DNA of 45,752 bases from an uncultured Pirellulaceae bacterium (GTDB lineage: Bacteria; Planctomycetota; Planctomycetia; Pirellulales; Pirellulaceae). A program made the translations under genes and the position numbers. Positions within the stretch are counted from its first letter, which is position 1; each line of letters opens with the position of its first letter. The DNA lies in assembly GCA_964408465.1 (NCBI GenBank), contig CAYOZV010000009.1:1-45752 (forward strand), given 5' to 3'. Below, piece after piece: positions 27,953 through 39,787 of this stretch. The notes under the pieces were generated by a model. It saw nothing but the letters and a program-made list of their open reading frames with translations. It had not been told where the DNA came from and searched no databases.

Positions 27953-30268
27953 TTACGCCGAAACCTTTTTGACGACCACTCTATTAGCGACCGCCTCGAT
28001 GACTTCGATCGCTTCTCCCTTTTCGACGACTTGTCCTCGTGTGATGACGTCGCAAATTTGATCGCCAAACTGAGCGCGGCCTGAGGGCATCAGTTTTGTG
28101 GCGGCGACTCCCTTTTGCCCCATCAGGTAATCGAGGTTCGCCGTTGCTTCGGAGTCCTGCGCGTTTGCTAGATCGAGTTCCGGTTTTTTGGGCGGTGCTA
28201 AAATTACGTTTTTCAAAAATGGTGTGTCGGGGATTAGACGCGGCAGTACCAGCACGGCAATCAAAATCCCAAACCCGGCACCTGCCAACGGGAAAAGTGA
28301 ATTGGGCAGTTTTTCGACGTCTCTGGCATTGAGCGGGACCAAAAATGACTGGGCTGCCAACACAATAGCGGCACACACCATTAAAATTCCGCCGATGCCA
28401 AAAATTCCGAAACCAGGAATGACAAAGACTTCCATCAGGATGAAAGCGATTCCAATCCCAAACAGAAGTATCTCAAACCACTCGGCATTGCCATCAAAAT
28501 ACTGGGCCCAAAAGAATGCTACTAAACACAGCGTCCCCAAAAATCCTGGCACGCCTAAACCAGGGGCCGACATCTCCGTCGATATAAAGAAAAAAGCGCC
28601 CATAATCAGCAAGGATGAAATGGTCGGTGAGGTCAAAAATGAAGCCAGCGATTGAATCCAACGGTCTGACGAAGTTGGGGCTAACACTTTGGGGGGGGCG
28701 CTTAATTGAAAGATGGATTCGATATCCGACGGGTTTTGGATCACGTTCGAAGCGATCGCCAACTGTTTCAATGGATTGGCCTTGATTCCAACGGTGGTGT
28801 CCACCAACCCCGAAAGCTCCCATTGCTGGCTGTCCTCCAGTGACTCCCATTCTTGGACCGAAAGTAAACGAGCGTCTCCGGTGGCTGGGTTGCGATACCG
28901 CGCGATCTCGATTTCTGCGTCGATCATTGCCGCCAAAACCGACCAGTCGCGTTCTTTTTCCGCCGCGATCGACTTGGCGTCGCTGAGGTAGCTGCTGCGG
29001 TGATTGGAACTGACGGAATTAGGCCGTGAATCGCCTGGTTGGGCGGCCGGTTCAAACCCACCCAACGTCGCCGATTGTTGGATCACAATTTGATCGCAGG
29101 CCAACGCCGCAAACGCTGATCCAGATCTGGCCGAATCATTGATGACCGCAACCGTGCGCACGTCGGCCGAATCGAACTCCGCGATCATGCGAGCCAGATC
29201 GACGCCGGCCTCTAAGTCGCCGACCGAATCATCCATTTCCAGCAACAATAAATTGGCTTTATGGTATGCGACCGCTGGTTTGACCGAGCGGATGATCCAA
29301 CGCGCGGTGCGTCGATCCAAAAACTCTGGCACTTTGATCGAAATCGCTTTCCACTGCCCACCGTCGGAGGCATCGATGTTGAGTTGGTCGGCGGCCAGAT
29401 TGAGTTTCCGGGCCAGATCAGATTTAGATTTCACTCGATGGCTGATCAAGCGGAACTCTGCAAGTTTTTCGCTGGTCAAAAGGGCGCGCTGATTGGCAGG
29501 GGCCAGTGTGATGGTTTCGGTTTTGGCGTTTTCGATCTCCCCCAGTTGTTGAGCGCTGGCGAAAATGATTTTCTCTGGCGTCGTGACTCGAAACAGCCCA
29601 CGATCATTCTCCAGCATGCTCAGGACCACTTCGACCGGCAATGCGTAACGTCGGGACGCAATGTCTTTGTAGATGTTTGCGACGATCGCATCGACAGGTT
29701 CTTCGCCGGCACCCGCGTTGCCGATGGCAGTACCGTATTCCATCACAATCTCCGAGCAGGCGATGGCAACCAAGACGGCGTGGCCGTTGAGCTGACCGTT
29801 GATTTTTTCTGGGCTGCCCAGAGCACCTCGGTCACTCGGATCTCCCCGCCCCGCCCGATTGGCGGATATGTAGGCAATCGTTTGAATGCGGGCCATTGCG
29901 GGCGACGTTAGCAACCGGGCGAGTCCGAAGCAGGCGGTGAGATCGCTGCTGGCTCCGGTGTTGATTTCTGTGGTTTCGAATTCCAACATCACCACAGGAC
30001 GAGTAGCGATCGTGTGCCTCGCGGCGGCCTCCGCAGCGGCGGTCTGCAGAGCACGCTCGATTTTCTGTCTCGTTGAGGGCGTGATCGGCAGCGGAACGCG
30101 GATCACGACGCTGCTGCGCGGCAGTGTTGCCACCTCCGCTGGAGAATCAGCAGATTTAGCCGTGGCGTCTTTGACTTGCGAAAGTGCGTACGTCGAAAAC
30201 ATCAATGTCGCAACCACCGGAAGCACAAACAGTCTGGTGATCGCTGCAGGTTTGTTTTGAAGTTGCAT
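27953..30268 (-). CDS. nfeD: Long NfeD-family membrane protein with two ClpP/crotonase-like domains
   Basis: Signal peptide; TIAYI..GHAVLVAIACSEIVM and RTVAVI..ARSGSAFAALACDQIVI; EMSAPGLG and EVFVIPGFG TM motifs; C-terminal OB-fold. ORF open to 30334. Confidence 0.88.
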   Translation of the reverse strand: MQLQNKPAAITRLFVLPVVATLMFSTYALSQVKDATAKSADSPAEVATLPRSSVVIRVPLPITPSTRQKIERALQTAAAEAAARHTIATRPVVMLEFETTEINTGASSDLTACFGLARLLTSPAMARIQTIAYISANRAGRGDPSDRGALGSPEKINGQLNGHAVLVAIACSEIVMEYGTAIGNAGAGEEPVDAIVANIYKDIASRRYALPVEVVLSMLENDRGLFRVTTPEKIIFASAQQLGEIENAKTETITLAPANQRALLTSEKLAEFRLISHRVKSKSDLARKLNLAADQLNIDASDGGQWKAISIKVPEFLDRRTARWIIRSVKPAVAYHKANLLLLEMDDSVGDLEAGVDLARMIAEFDSADVRTVAVINDSARSGSAFAALACDQIVIQQSATLGGFEPAAQPGDSRPNSVSSNHRSSYLSDAKSIAAEKERDWSVLAAMIDAEIEIARYRNPATGDARLLSVQEWESLEDSQQWELSGLVDTTVGIKANPLKQLAIASNVIQNPSDIESIFQLSAPPKVLAPTSSDRWIQSLASFLTSPTISSLLIMGAFFFISTEMSAPGLGVPGFLGTLCLVAFFWAQYFDGNAEWFEILLFGIGIAFILMEVFVIPGFGIFGIGGILMVCAAIVLAAQSFLVPLNARDVEKLPNSLFPLAGAGFGILIAVLVLPRLIPDTPFLKNVILAPPKKPELDLANAQDSEATANLDYLMGQKGVAATKLMPSGRAQFGDQICDVITRGQVVEKGEAIEVIEAVANRVVVKKVSA

Positions 30269-30624
30269 GAGCGATAGTAAAAAGTGAATTTTGGTGTGGC
30301 AAAGGCTCCAGCCGGTATTTTGCCAATCTGACAATCTGCCAATTGAATTGGGTCCCGATGTTTTGATTATAAAGTATCGCTGCCAGCCTCAAATTCAAAC
30401 CAGCCAGTAATTTTGTCTTAGTGCTGACTTGGCTGATGGATTTCTGGGGGGCCTCAACGCTGACCCCAGGTTTAAAACGTGTTGGCTATACAGCTTATGA
30501 GGTTGATGGAAGCTTTTCGCAGGTGTTGAGAGTTGGCGGAGACAAGTTTGCTTATTCCTTTCAATGGGCAATTTTGATAGCTTGCGTTTTCAATATTCTT
30601 ACAGTTTTCACTGAGTATCGCGTG

Positions 30625-32715
30625 ATGGAAAATCAGATTCGAAAGTTTGTGGCGTTAGTTCTGCTGAGCGTGTCGCTGTCGACATTGGTCGTCACCGACG
30701 CCGTTGCAGGTGGCGGCCCCGAAAACGTATTTCTGGTGGTCAACGGTGAATCTCGATCGTCGAAAGTGATTGCGAATCACTACATCGCCCTGCGGAATAT
30801 TCCTGCCAGCCATGTGCTTTATCTGTCGGGCGTGACGACTCGCGAAATTATCAAATTGACTGATTTTCGCGAACAGATCCTCGAACCGATTCTGACCGAA
30901 ATGGTCGCTCGCAAGCTCATCGAGAACATTGACTATATCGTGTACTCATCTGACTTTCCGACGCGCGTCAATATCTCCGAACATCAGGATTTACTAAAGG
31001 AGGCATTTGGTAAGCGCTTTCAATCAAAGATCTATGCACCGATCGCGTCGCTTACCTCTATGACTTATTTTGCGGCTCATGTAATGTCCAATGATCCCAA
31101 CTATATGGCGCTAAACTCGAATCACTATTACCGAATCCCTTTTCGGTCGAGCCTGAATAAACCATTCGAAGGTACGGTTCAACAGGAGTATCGCCAGTCT
31201 GTTGCCGCGCTGAACAAATCGGGCGACGAGTTCAACACTGCGAAAATAAAGTTGCTTGAGTTGTCAAAAAAGTATCCAGGGCAATCGGCCGTTCATTATC
31301 AATTGGCTAAATTTTTCGCCAAAGGTGACGAAAACGTGCTGGCGATGCAGTCTTTAAAACGCGCGACGGCCATGGGATGGAGAGACGTTGCTCAAATGCA
31401 ACGAGAGAAGGTTTTTGACGGCCTCGAAGACGATCCGCAATTCAAAGCCTTGGTGGAGCGATACGGTAAAATTGAATCGCCCTTCATTCCCACCCACGGG
31501 TTTCGCAACGCTTACGCTTGGGGTCCCAATGGGATGATCAACCGAACGGGGCAAGGCAGACGATATTTCCTGTGCGCGATGCTGTCGGTGACACGCGACT
31601 TCGGGCTCAGCGACCGGGATTCGATCGACTACCTCAGTCGCTCTGTCGCCGCCGACGATTCTCATCCAGAGGGAACGATTTACTTTACGCACACCAAAGA
31701 CGTGCGCACGACGACTCGGCTGGGTAATTTCAATCCCGTCATTCAAATTTTAAAACAGATGGGCCAAACCGCACGGGTCGAAACAACAAAACTGCCAAGC
31801 AATCGCGATGACATCATTGGGCTGTCTTGCGGTACCGCTGGGTTTGACTTTGAAGCTTCTGGCAGCAGTTTTATTCCAGGTGCGATCGCCGATAATTTGA
31901 CCAGTAGCGGAGGCTATTTTATCGGGGCGCAGCAGACAAAAGTAACGGAGTTTTTGCGATTCGGCGCCGCCGGAGTCAGCGGCACCGTGGTCGAACCTTA
32001 CGCGCTGCAGGCTAAATTCCCTCACCCTATGATTCATGTCCATTACTTGGCAGGTTGTTCGCTGGCAGAGGCGTTCTACCAGTCGGTTCACGGGCCCTAT
32101 CAGATTATTTTGGTCGCTGATCCATTGTGCCAACCGTTTGTCAAACGGCCGAAAATCGTCATCACTTCCCCTGCCCCGATGGCGGAGGTTTCTGGCCAGG
32201 TGAAAATCGAATTGTCGCGCGAAGGGTCTGAAGTGCCGGCAGCGGGAGTAGAGATTTTTCTTGACGGCGCGATGATTCATCGTGCGTCGAATATTAAATC
32301 TATCAATTTAGACACGAGTGATTTGAAAGACGGATTTCACGAACTACGAATCGTGTCGGTCTCAAGAGACGGCATTGAGTCGCGCGGCAGCGCCGTGTTA
32401 CCCGTAATGATCAATAACAAAGATCTCTTCACGACACTCTCGATTGAGAAAACGACCTGCGATTTTCCAATGCCAATCGAAGTTAGCGCCGAAACAAATT
32501 TTGGCCAAAGAATCATCATCCGCCAAAACTTCAAAACGGTGGGCGTCATCACATCCGAAAAAGGATCGACCGAAATTCCTACCGGTTCCTTAGGCGTCGG
32601 AGAGATCAAGCTGCAAGCGGTCTCCTTTCGTGATGGTGAAAATGCGGGTGTTGCCTCGGCGCCGATCACCGTCACGGTGAAAGGGACGATAGCGACGATT
32701 CCAGATAAAAAGTAA
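30625..32715 (+). CDS. TIGR03790-type exported protein with TPR insert and C-terminal Ig-like domains
   Basis: Signal peptide; GPENVFLVVN..S..IANHY...RNIP, PGAIADNLTS.GG, GAAGVSGTVVEP and ADPLCQPF motifs. ORF open from 30421. Confidence 0.8.
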   Translation: MENQIRKFVALVLLSVSLSTLVVTDAVAGGGPENVFLVVNGESRSSKVIANHYIALRNIPASHVLYLSGVTTREIIKLTDFREQILEPILTEMVARKLIENIDYIVYSSDFPTRVNISEHQDLLKEAFGKRFQSKIYAPIASLTSMTYFAAHVMSNDPNYMALNSNHYYRIPFRSSLNKPFEGTVQQEYRQSVAALNKSGDEFNTAKIKLLELSKKYPGQSAVHYQLAKFFAKGDENVLAMQSLKRATAMGWRDVAQMQREKVFDGLEDDPQFKALVERYGKIESPFIPTHGFRNAYAWGPNGMINRTGQGRRYFLCAMLSVTRDFGLSDRDSIDYLSRSVAADDSHPEGTIYFTHTKDVRTTTRLGNFNPVIQILKQMGQTARVETTKLPSNRDDIIGLSCGTAGFDFEASGSSFIPGAIADNLTSSGGYFIGAQQTKVTEFLRFGAAGVSGTVVEPYALQAKFPHPMIHVHYLAGCSLAEAFYQSVHGPYQIILVADPLCQPFVKRPKIVITSPAPMAEVSGQVKIELSREGSEVPAAGVEIFLDGAMIHRASNIKSINLDTSDLKDGFHELRIVSVSRDGIESRGSAVLPVMINNKDLFTTLSIEKTTCDFPMPIEVSAETNFGQRIIIRQNFKTVGVITSEKGSTEIPTGSLGVGEIKLQAVSFRDGENAGVASAPITVTVKGTIATIPDKK

Positions 32716-33215
32716 TTGGCACAAGCGAAGCGTAGCTTTCACACGCGGCGATCAGATGTCTTGGAAATGCTCTGCAGCGCGAATGTCGTTCGTTGCAGGA
32801 TCGCACTGGAGGATCGCGTTGCTTGAATCATTCAAACGTCAGCCGATCGACGCACGCGCATTTAAAACCGCCGGCACGCACACCTTGCGCGCGCGATTGA
32901 TCGTTTTTAAAAAAGCGATTGAGAATTAATCTTTTGTTAACATCGGTCTTTGGCGTGCGGGCTTTCGACTGGGAAAGCTGGCAAGGGAGTTCTCGCGTCC
33001 CTTGAGTGTTGTTTATTGGTGCTGAAAGCGGTTTGATATTTCGGGTTCGTTGGCCTGGTAGCGCACGTTTTTCGTACGGATAAGTTTGGTCAATACATGT
33101 CTGCAACCAACTTTCGATGTCTGCTATTATCTTCTGACTGTCCTGAGCGACCACCTGATGGACACACTAGGAATAGAGAATTTTGTCCTTCCTTCAGTTG
33201 CGCGCTCTTCAAGAT

Positions 33216-33917
33216 ATGTCAAAAACCAAGATTCTGGTCGTCGAAGCCGACCTCTCTCTCGCGAACGTTCTAGAGTTCAACCTCTCCAATTCAGGGTACG
33301 AGGTTCATACCTCGCACGATGGGCAAGACGGCCTTGATCAGGCTCGAACGAAGAAGCCTGACCTTGTTATCTTGGCCGATGTGCTGCCGGTGGTAAATGG
33401 AATCGAGGCCTGCCATCAATTGCGGGCAGCGCCGTCGACGCGCGAGATGCCGATCATGATGCTGACCGCGAAGACAGATGAGACGGATCAGTTGAATGCG
33501 TTCTCTGTCGGGGCCGATGATTATGTCATTAAGCCTTTCAGCGTCAGAGTGTTAATGGAGCGTGTGAAGTCGTTGCTTAGGCGCCGAGAACTTGAACTCG
33601 GTGGTGCTGACATCGTGACGGTCGGTCGTGTCTCCGTCGATCGAATCAAGCACCGCGCTTCGGTGGACGACGGACCGTTGGATCTGACGCCCAGTGAATT
33701 TCGGTTGCTGGACACGATGATTCGACAGGCAGGACGGGCGTTCGACCGAACTGAGTTGATTGATCTGGCTTTGGGCGCTGACACGATGGTGCTCGAACGG
33801 ACCATCGACGTGCACATTCGTTCGCTGCGAAAGAAAATGGGCGACGCCGCTGCGGCGGTCGAAACGGTCCGAGGTATTGGTTACCGTTTTGGTGATTCTA
33901 AAACGGATCAGCCGTAG
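33216..33917 (+). CDS. OmpR/PhoB-family response regulator with atypical receiver
   Basis: REC domain (MLTA, GADDYVIKPF) plus winged helix (LTPSEFRLL, RTIDVHIRSLRKK, ETVRGIGY). Confidence 0.93.
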   Translation: MSKTKILVVEADLSLANVLEFNLSNSGYEVHTSHDGQDGLDQARTKKPDLVILADVLPVVNGIEACHQLRAAPSTREMPIMMLTAKTDETDQLNAFSVGADDYVIKPFSVRVLMERVKSLLRRRELELGGADIVTVGRVSVDRIKHRASVDDGPLDLTPSEFRLLDTMIRQAGRAFDRTELIDLALGADTMVLERTIDVHIRSLRKKMGDAAAAVETVRGIGYRFGDSKTDQP

Positions 33918-34044
33918 CGCCTTCGTTGATTTTTCCAATTGCTAAGTCGTTTTTGCCGCATCCGGCTATCGTTTGATGGGCTGTAGTCCGGCGGACTCTG
34001 GAGCTATAATCTGGTTTTTGCCATGCTATTCTTTGAAGCCAAAA

Positions 34045-34680
34045 ATGAACCTGATAGAAGCCCTAAACTGGCGATATGCGACCAAGCAATTTGACCCATC
34101 AAAGCAAGTCAGCGACACAGATTTAGAAACGATCCTCGTCGCTGGGAACCTGGCCGCAACCTCTTACGGTTTGCAGCCCTTCAAATTTGTCGTTGTCTCT
34201 GACCAGCAAACGCAAGACGAACTGGTCCCTTTTTCATACAACCAACCGCAGGTCGCACAGGCTTCTCACGTGATTGTGCTGGCCGCCCGCACCGATGTCG
34301 ATGAAGCGTTTATTCGCAACATGGCGCGGCTGACAGAGAAGGTGCGTGATCTGCCACAGGGCGAACTGGACGGCTATGCGAAGCAGATGATCGGTGCGGT
34401 GATGTCGATGTCAGAGGAACAGCGGATCCACTGGGCTCAAAAACAAATCTACATCGCACTGGCCAACATGATGGTCGCCTGCGCAGCGGTCGGGGTTGAT
34501 AGCTGTCCGATGGAAGGTTTCGTGCCGGCTCAATATGATCGTTTGCTGAATCTGAGCGAGCAAAACTTAACCGCGACCGTTGCGCTTCCGGTCGGTTATC
34601 GCGCGGAGGAAGATCAGCAGCAGAATTTTGCGAAGGTAAGAAATCCGATCGACAAAATGGTAATTCATCACAACGGATGA
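34045..34680 (+). CDS. NfsB-like NAD(P)H nitroreductase
   Basis: ALNWRYATKQFD, ATSYGLQP, GVDSCPMEGF and KVR motifs. Confidence 0.93.
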   Translation: MNLIEALNWRYATKQFDPSKQVSDTDLETILVAGNLAATSYGLQPFKFVVVSDQQTQDELVPFSYNQPQVAQASHVIVLAARTDVDEAFIRNMARLTEKVRDLPQGELDGYAKQMIGAVMSMSEEQRIHWAQKQIYIALANMMVACAAVGVDSCPMEGFVPAQYDRLLNLSEQNLTATVALPVGYRAEEDQQQNFAKVRNPIDKMVIHHNG

Positions 34681-34699
34681 GCTCTGACCGTTGGCGCGT

Positions 34700-35509
34700 T
34701 CACCGCTGACATTTCGTGCACGCGTACATCGTTCTTGCACCCAGCGTCCATTTTTTCACCGCGCCGCCGCAGCACGAACACGTTTGTTTCTTGTAGATCA
34801 TCACGCGCTGATCCTTGGTTAAACGGCTGACCGGTTTGTTGATCGCGCTAAGATCGACGGTGATGATTTTGTTGTGTTTGACGCCAATTCGAAAAAGATC
34901 GACGGTCAATTGCCACAGTTCGTCAAACTGGCCGCGCGAAAGTTGGCAACTGGGCTTCTCCGGATCAATTTTCAATTTGTGTAAGATCTCCGCCCGGTAG
35001 ATGTTACCGATGCCAGCGATCAATGATTGATCAAGCAAAGCTGAACCGATGGGTTTTTTTGTTTTGCTGATCCGAGCAAAGGCAAGCTCCGGTTCGGCGT
35101 CACGATCAAGCGGATCCACGCCCAATCGGTTCTTTAGTTTTTGAAACTGCGGGGCGGTCATGATCTCACATTTGGTCGGGCCGTTGAGATCTATCGCCCG
35201 CGAGTCACCGATCATCCTTACACGTACTGCCCCACGTGGCGGCGGCGGAGGGTTTTTGTGAACGCGAAATTTTCCGTAAAGACCCAGGTGAACGTGCATG
35301 ACCGTTTCGCGATTGGTGCTCGTCTTGGGGTTCGACCAGCGATAAAATAGATGCTTGCCATGTGCCGTCACCGAACTCAAACGTTTGCGGTCAAGCCGTT
35401 TCGCTTCGGTGGCGAATCTTCCTTGGGGGGAACAGAGGCGAATCGTCTGGCCGGCGAGATGCTTCGAGTGATCTCGCGCCATGCGGTGAACAGTATGGCC
35501 TTCTGGCAT
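34700..35509 (-). CDS. nei: Fpg/Nei-family DNA glycosylase (Nei-like)
   Basis: N-terminal PEGH, GKHLF, HLGLYG, H2TH motif LLDQSLIAGIGNIYRAE, C-terminal zinc finger. Confidence 0.9.
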   Translation of the reverse strand: MPEGHTVHRMARDHSKHLAGQTIRLCSPQGRFATEAKRLDRKRLSSVTAHGKHLFYRWSNPKTSTNRETVMHVHLGLYGKFRVHKNPPPPPRGAVRVRMIGDSRAIDLNGPTKCEIMTAPQFQKLKNRLGVDPLDRDAEPELAFARISKTKKPIGSALLDQSLIAGIGNIYRAEILHKLKIDPEKPSCQLSRGQFDELWQLTVDLFRIGVKHNKIITVDLSAINKPVSRLTKDQRVMIYKKQTCSCCGGAVKKWTLGARTMYACTKCQR

Positions 35510-35631
35510 GCACTTCTCAGGGGTGAAGATTTTATTGAATCTAAATTAGAAAGTGGGGCGACCGCCGATAACCCCCTTCGGCCGGCGGGGCGATAGAAGC
35601 GGGGCAATAGCGGCAGGTCAAAAACGGCGGG

Positions 35632-36309
35632 TCAAAATAGTTTCCACGCAATCACGATCCAAACCGCAATGATCAGCGGGATTAAACAAGAGATGATCGC
35701 CACGGTCTGCAAACGGCGAGAATAGAAATGGCGGGTCGCGTTGTCCAAACGCAGATAGCCGTACGCCGCCGCCATCCAACATAGCGCTATAATGCCTGCC
35801 AACCCCGTCCATTGAAGTCGGCGTGCTTTAAAGTTCAGCTGATATTGACGATCGACAAGTGCATCAAAATCTTCATCGAATCGGAGCCGCGCATAGCCAA
35901 CATGTCGCCGAATTTCCTTCTGCGATTCAGGGTCGGTGATCGTTTTTTGGATCACAATTTCTTCGTCGACGATTGAGCGCTGTAAGAAATGGGCATCGAG
36001 ATCAACAAAACGATATCCGCCGGCCCCCACGATTTTATCAATCTGAGCATTGATCGTTTCTCTGATCTGGCTCATCAAAACCATCGAAGCTTCCGACCGC
36101 AAATAAAATTCCTCGGTTTCGATCAACAAAAATCGGGTCTCACCATCGACAAAATTACCCTGCTGGGTCCACTTCGGTTGTTCGGGTTGATCCTGAGCAA
36201 GAACGGATCTCGTTTGTCCGGCGGCGCTGATCAAAACCATCATCGCCAACAAACTGAAATATTGCACAGCGCGAATACGCGGCGACCGTGCTTGGTAAGC
36301 TAGTTTCAT
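35632..36309 (-). CDS. Hypothetical envelope protein (signal peptide + two C-terminal TM helices)
   Basis: Hydrophobic N-terminal segment; C-terminal YGYLRLDNATRHFYSRRL between two TM helices. Confidence 0.72.
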   Translation of the reverse strand: MKLAYQARSPRIRAVQYFSLLAMMVLISAAGQTRSVLAQDQPEQPKWTQQGNFVDGETRFLLIETEEFYLRSEASMVLMSQIRETINAQIDKIVGAGGYRFVDLDAHFLQRSIVDEEIVIQKTITDPESQKEIRRHVGYARLRFDEDFDALVDRQYQLNFKARRLQWTGLAGIIALCWMAAAYGYLRLDNATRHFYSRRLQTVAIISCLIPLIIAVWIVIAWKLF

Positions 36310-36463
36310 GGACAAACGGAATTTGGAATGGTGGCTGATCACCGGTAGAGCATAACAGAGCTGGTTTGTAATTTCCGCCCGCGATGGGAATTTGGTGGTC
36401 GCTTATCCACGATGCCCCCGCGAAAAAATAAGCGAAAAAAGTGATCTAGGTTAACGCTTCTAA

Positions 36464-38731
<2,268 letters not shown>

Positions 38732-39029
38732 GCAGTTGTCCCGCCGACAGAAGCAGATTTTCGAAAGTGGCTGGTGGGGATCCGGCCCAACGTGTCCCCT
38801 GATTATAGCTTAAATTTGGACGCCCTGAGCATCCTTTGGCGTGGGCGTTCAGGGTAACGGCAAAGTCAAAAATTTTGTGTGATGTGCAATTGGGGAGGTC
38901 GAGGCTCCGACCGAGACCTATTTGATTTCGTAGGTTTTAGGCTCAGCCTTAACCTCCCGGTTCACGCGAAAATCGACTTTGCAGTTCTTCTGCGCGGGTG
39001 GCCAGTTTACCGGTTGAGTTTGGGGCGGC

Positions 39030-39686
39030 TCAAACGGCCTCGATGGAAAACGAAAAGTCCTCGCCGTGGACGCGACTCTTGTCTTGTAACGGCACGTCAC
39101 TGGTGAAGGCGTTTCCATTGAAAAACGCAGCGGCCTTCGTTTTGCAAAACCATTCGTTTTGCCGACGATAGAGAATCAGTTCGTGTTTCCACCGCGGGCA
39201 GACGATGTGATTGCGCGATTGGTTGCCCAGCAAGATTGAGTCACCGGCAATGATCACCGCGTCTGACCAAGGGAACGTTCGGTGCCGAGAAACAAAATCC
39301 AGCACGGCCGTCGCGCTTAAGGGGTGTGGTTTGCGATAGCCGATCGCAACGGTTTCGCCAAGTTGAATCGTTTGGCCATGAATTAACACCGCCGGTTCGC
39401 GCAGCCTGCATCCATCAACCGAGACGGTGCCGATGGGATGCAATAAATGCCGATCTTCGACCGTTTCGATTCTTGCATGTTCTCGATCAAGATCGCCCCG
39501 TAGCGGCACGGTGACTTCGGAATCGGGGATGGCCTGGCCGATTTTGTTTTGTAGACCGCAGCAAACGAGAAAGCCACCAACGCCGTCCACCCAGATGATG
39601 AAGTTAGACAATCGCGTTGGCACTGCGTCCGCAGCGTTGTCGGCATCGCCGGAATCTTTGGAATCGTCGGTGAAGTCTGAGTTCAT
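39030..39686 (-). CDS. FHA-like domain protein
   Basis: IWVDGVGGFL, IGQ, DLDREHARI, LIHGQTIQLG; second FHA-like half (ILLG...HIVC). Confidence 0.72.
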   Translation of the reverse strand: MNSDFTDDSKDSGDADNAADAVPTRLSNFIIWVDGVGGFLVCCGLQNKIGQAIPDSEVTVPLRGDLDREHARIETVEDRHLLHPIGTVSVDGCRLREPAVLIHGQTIQLGETVAIGYRKPHPLSATAVLDFVSRHRTFPWSDAVIIAGDSILLGNQSRNHIVCPRWKHELILYRRQNEWFCKTKAAAFFNGNAFTSDVPLQDKSRVHGEDFSFSIEAV

Positions 39687-39787
39687 GGATTCAGTTTGTC
39701 GCTACGCAGTCGCGGCTTCCAGACAACAAGAACCGTCGACTGGCGGGCCTTAAAGATGCGCATCTTTGACGGCAGTTTTCTAGCGGG

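Noticed and set aside
32716-32732. Second sigma54-like motif TGGCACAAGCGAAGC
   Set aside because: GG-N10-GC spacing holds, but the -12 element is AAGC rather than TTGC, it abuts a stop codon, and it is 500 bp from the next gene.
32828-33154. 108-aa ORF in the intergenic gap
   Set aside because: No recognisable motif or RBS; more likely the regulator's promoter region.
38879-39118. Small ORFs between the kinase and FHA-like genes
   Set aside because: They overlap the FHA-like gene end and lack an RBS or motifs.
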